64,000 nucleotides of DNA from an uncultured Marinoscillum sp. Lineage in GTDB: Bacteria; Bacteroidota; Bacteroidia; Cytophagales; MED-G16. Under the pieces are notes generated by a model. That model had not been told where the DNA came from and searched no databases. It saw nothing but the letters and a program-made list of their open reading frames with translations. Of this stretch, positions 63,757 through 64,000 are shown piece after piece; the first letter of the stretch is position 1; the number at the start of each line of letters is the position of its first letter. The stretch covers positions 70,597 through 134,596 of the forward strand of contig CAYXSW010000001.1 in NCBI GenBank assembly GCA_964467915.1, in the 5' to 3' direction. The translations under genes were made by a program, and so were the position numbers.

Positions 63757-64000
63757 ATGAGCAATTTTTTAAGCAAAGTACCAACACTTGATGTCTCTAA
63801 ATTTAATAGTGGAGATGATAATTTGATTCAAGAGTTTTCTAATGATCTTGGCACTTCATTTAACCAAACTGGATTTGCAATAATTAAAAATCATGGGCTA
63901 ACAGAGGAAATGACTAAAAACTTATACTCCTCAATAAAGTCTTTTTTTGACTTAGAAGATAATAAAAAGATCAAGTATTATTATCCTGAACTTTATGGTC
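63757..64000 (+). CDS. 2-oxoglutarate/Fe(II)-dependent oxygenase (isopenicillin-N-synthase-like), N-terminal fragment running off the window
   Basis: Hand translation gives MSNFLSKVPTLDVSKFNSGDDNLIQEFSNDLGTSFNQTGFAIIKNHGLTEEMTKNLYSSIKSFFDL... This has the typical DIOX_N pattern (P.IDlS.f......f...l..a....GFf.i.nHGi). Not in the ORF track because it is truncated. Confidence 0.55.
   Translation, partial: MSNFLSKVPTLDVSKFNSGDDNLIQEFSNDLGTSFNQTGFAIIKNHGLTEEMTKNLYSSIKSFFDLEDNKKIKYYYPELYG

Noticed and set aside
1-64000. I looked for CRISPR arrays, tandem or dispersed nucleotide repeats, tRNA/rRNA/tmRNA genes, IS elements, integrases, restriction-modification genes, toxin-antitoxin pairs and other defence genes.
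   Set aside because: No intergenic gap is large enough, the largest being 138 nt and occupied by the TPP riboswitch. No ORF has a transposase, integrase, nuclease-helicase or TA-like signature. A by-eye repeat search is not exhaustive, and a computational self-alignment would be needed to exclude short dispersed repeats.

Overview
The window is a visibly AT-rich (roughly 30% G+C by eye, not computed), extremely gene-dense core-chromosome segment of a Flavobacteriia-type Bacteroidota genome. Evidence for that assignment: gldD/gldE/gldB gliding genes, a T9SS C-terminal sorting domain, no Shine-Dalgarno leaders, and TAnnTTTG -7 promoter boxes. I call about 65 protein genes, and hand-summing the gaps between them leaves only about 1 kb non-coding. 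I found no rRNA, tRNA, CRISPR array, transposase, integrase, phage gene or recognisable defence gene, although nucleotide repeats were checked only by eye.

Most of the content is housekeeping:
- DNA repair: ssb, mutY, nth, a uvrA paralog, recO.
- RNA: rng.
- Central metabolism and cofactors: tpiA, gdh, guaB, purN/purH, ribD, cysC/cysQ.
- Lipid synthesis: cdsA, psd.
- Translation-related: pheS, prmC, dusB.
- Cell shape: mreBCD-mrdA-rodA.
- Cytochrome c maturation: a ccmBC(D)EF System I cluster.

Three things are absent from the supplied ORF track:
- A TPP (THI-box) riboswitch on the minus strand at about 37295-37358. It lies in front of a TonB-dependent receptor plus a YkoF/MTH1187-like gene, directly downstream of a pnuC plus NadR-type kinase pair.
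- A 29-codon Arg/Lys-rich micro-ORF (4017-4106) that resembles the bS22 / AURKAIP1-COX24-type small ribosomal protein.
- A 59-codon CcmD-like ORF (49063-49242), plus the truncated gldD at the left edge.

Other points worth a second look:
- A 1506-aa secreted protein with no recognisable domain, abutting tpiA.
- An MBL-hydrolase / cupin / PLP-decarboxylase operon of unknown product.
- A Cys-type (CxxxY) CcmE with no ccmA/G/H in the cluster.
- An endonuclease III with none of the four Fe-S cysteines.
- -7 promoter boxes only 3-7 nt from start codons, implying leaderless mRNAs.
- Overlapping 3' ends at 7 of 8 convergent gene junctions.

I do not see a clear-cut novel multi-gene system such as a defence or mobile island. 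The candidates above are modest, and the window looks largely ordinary.
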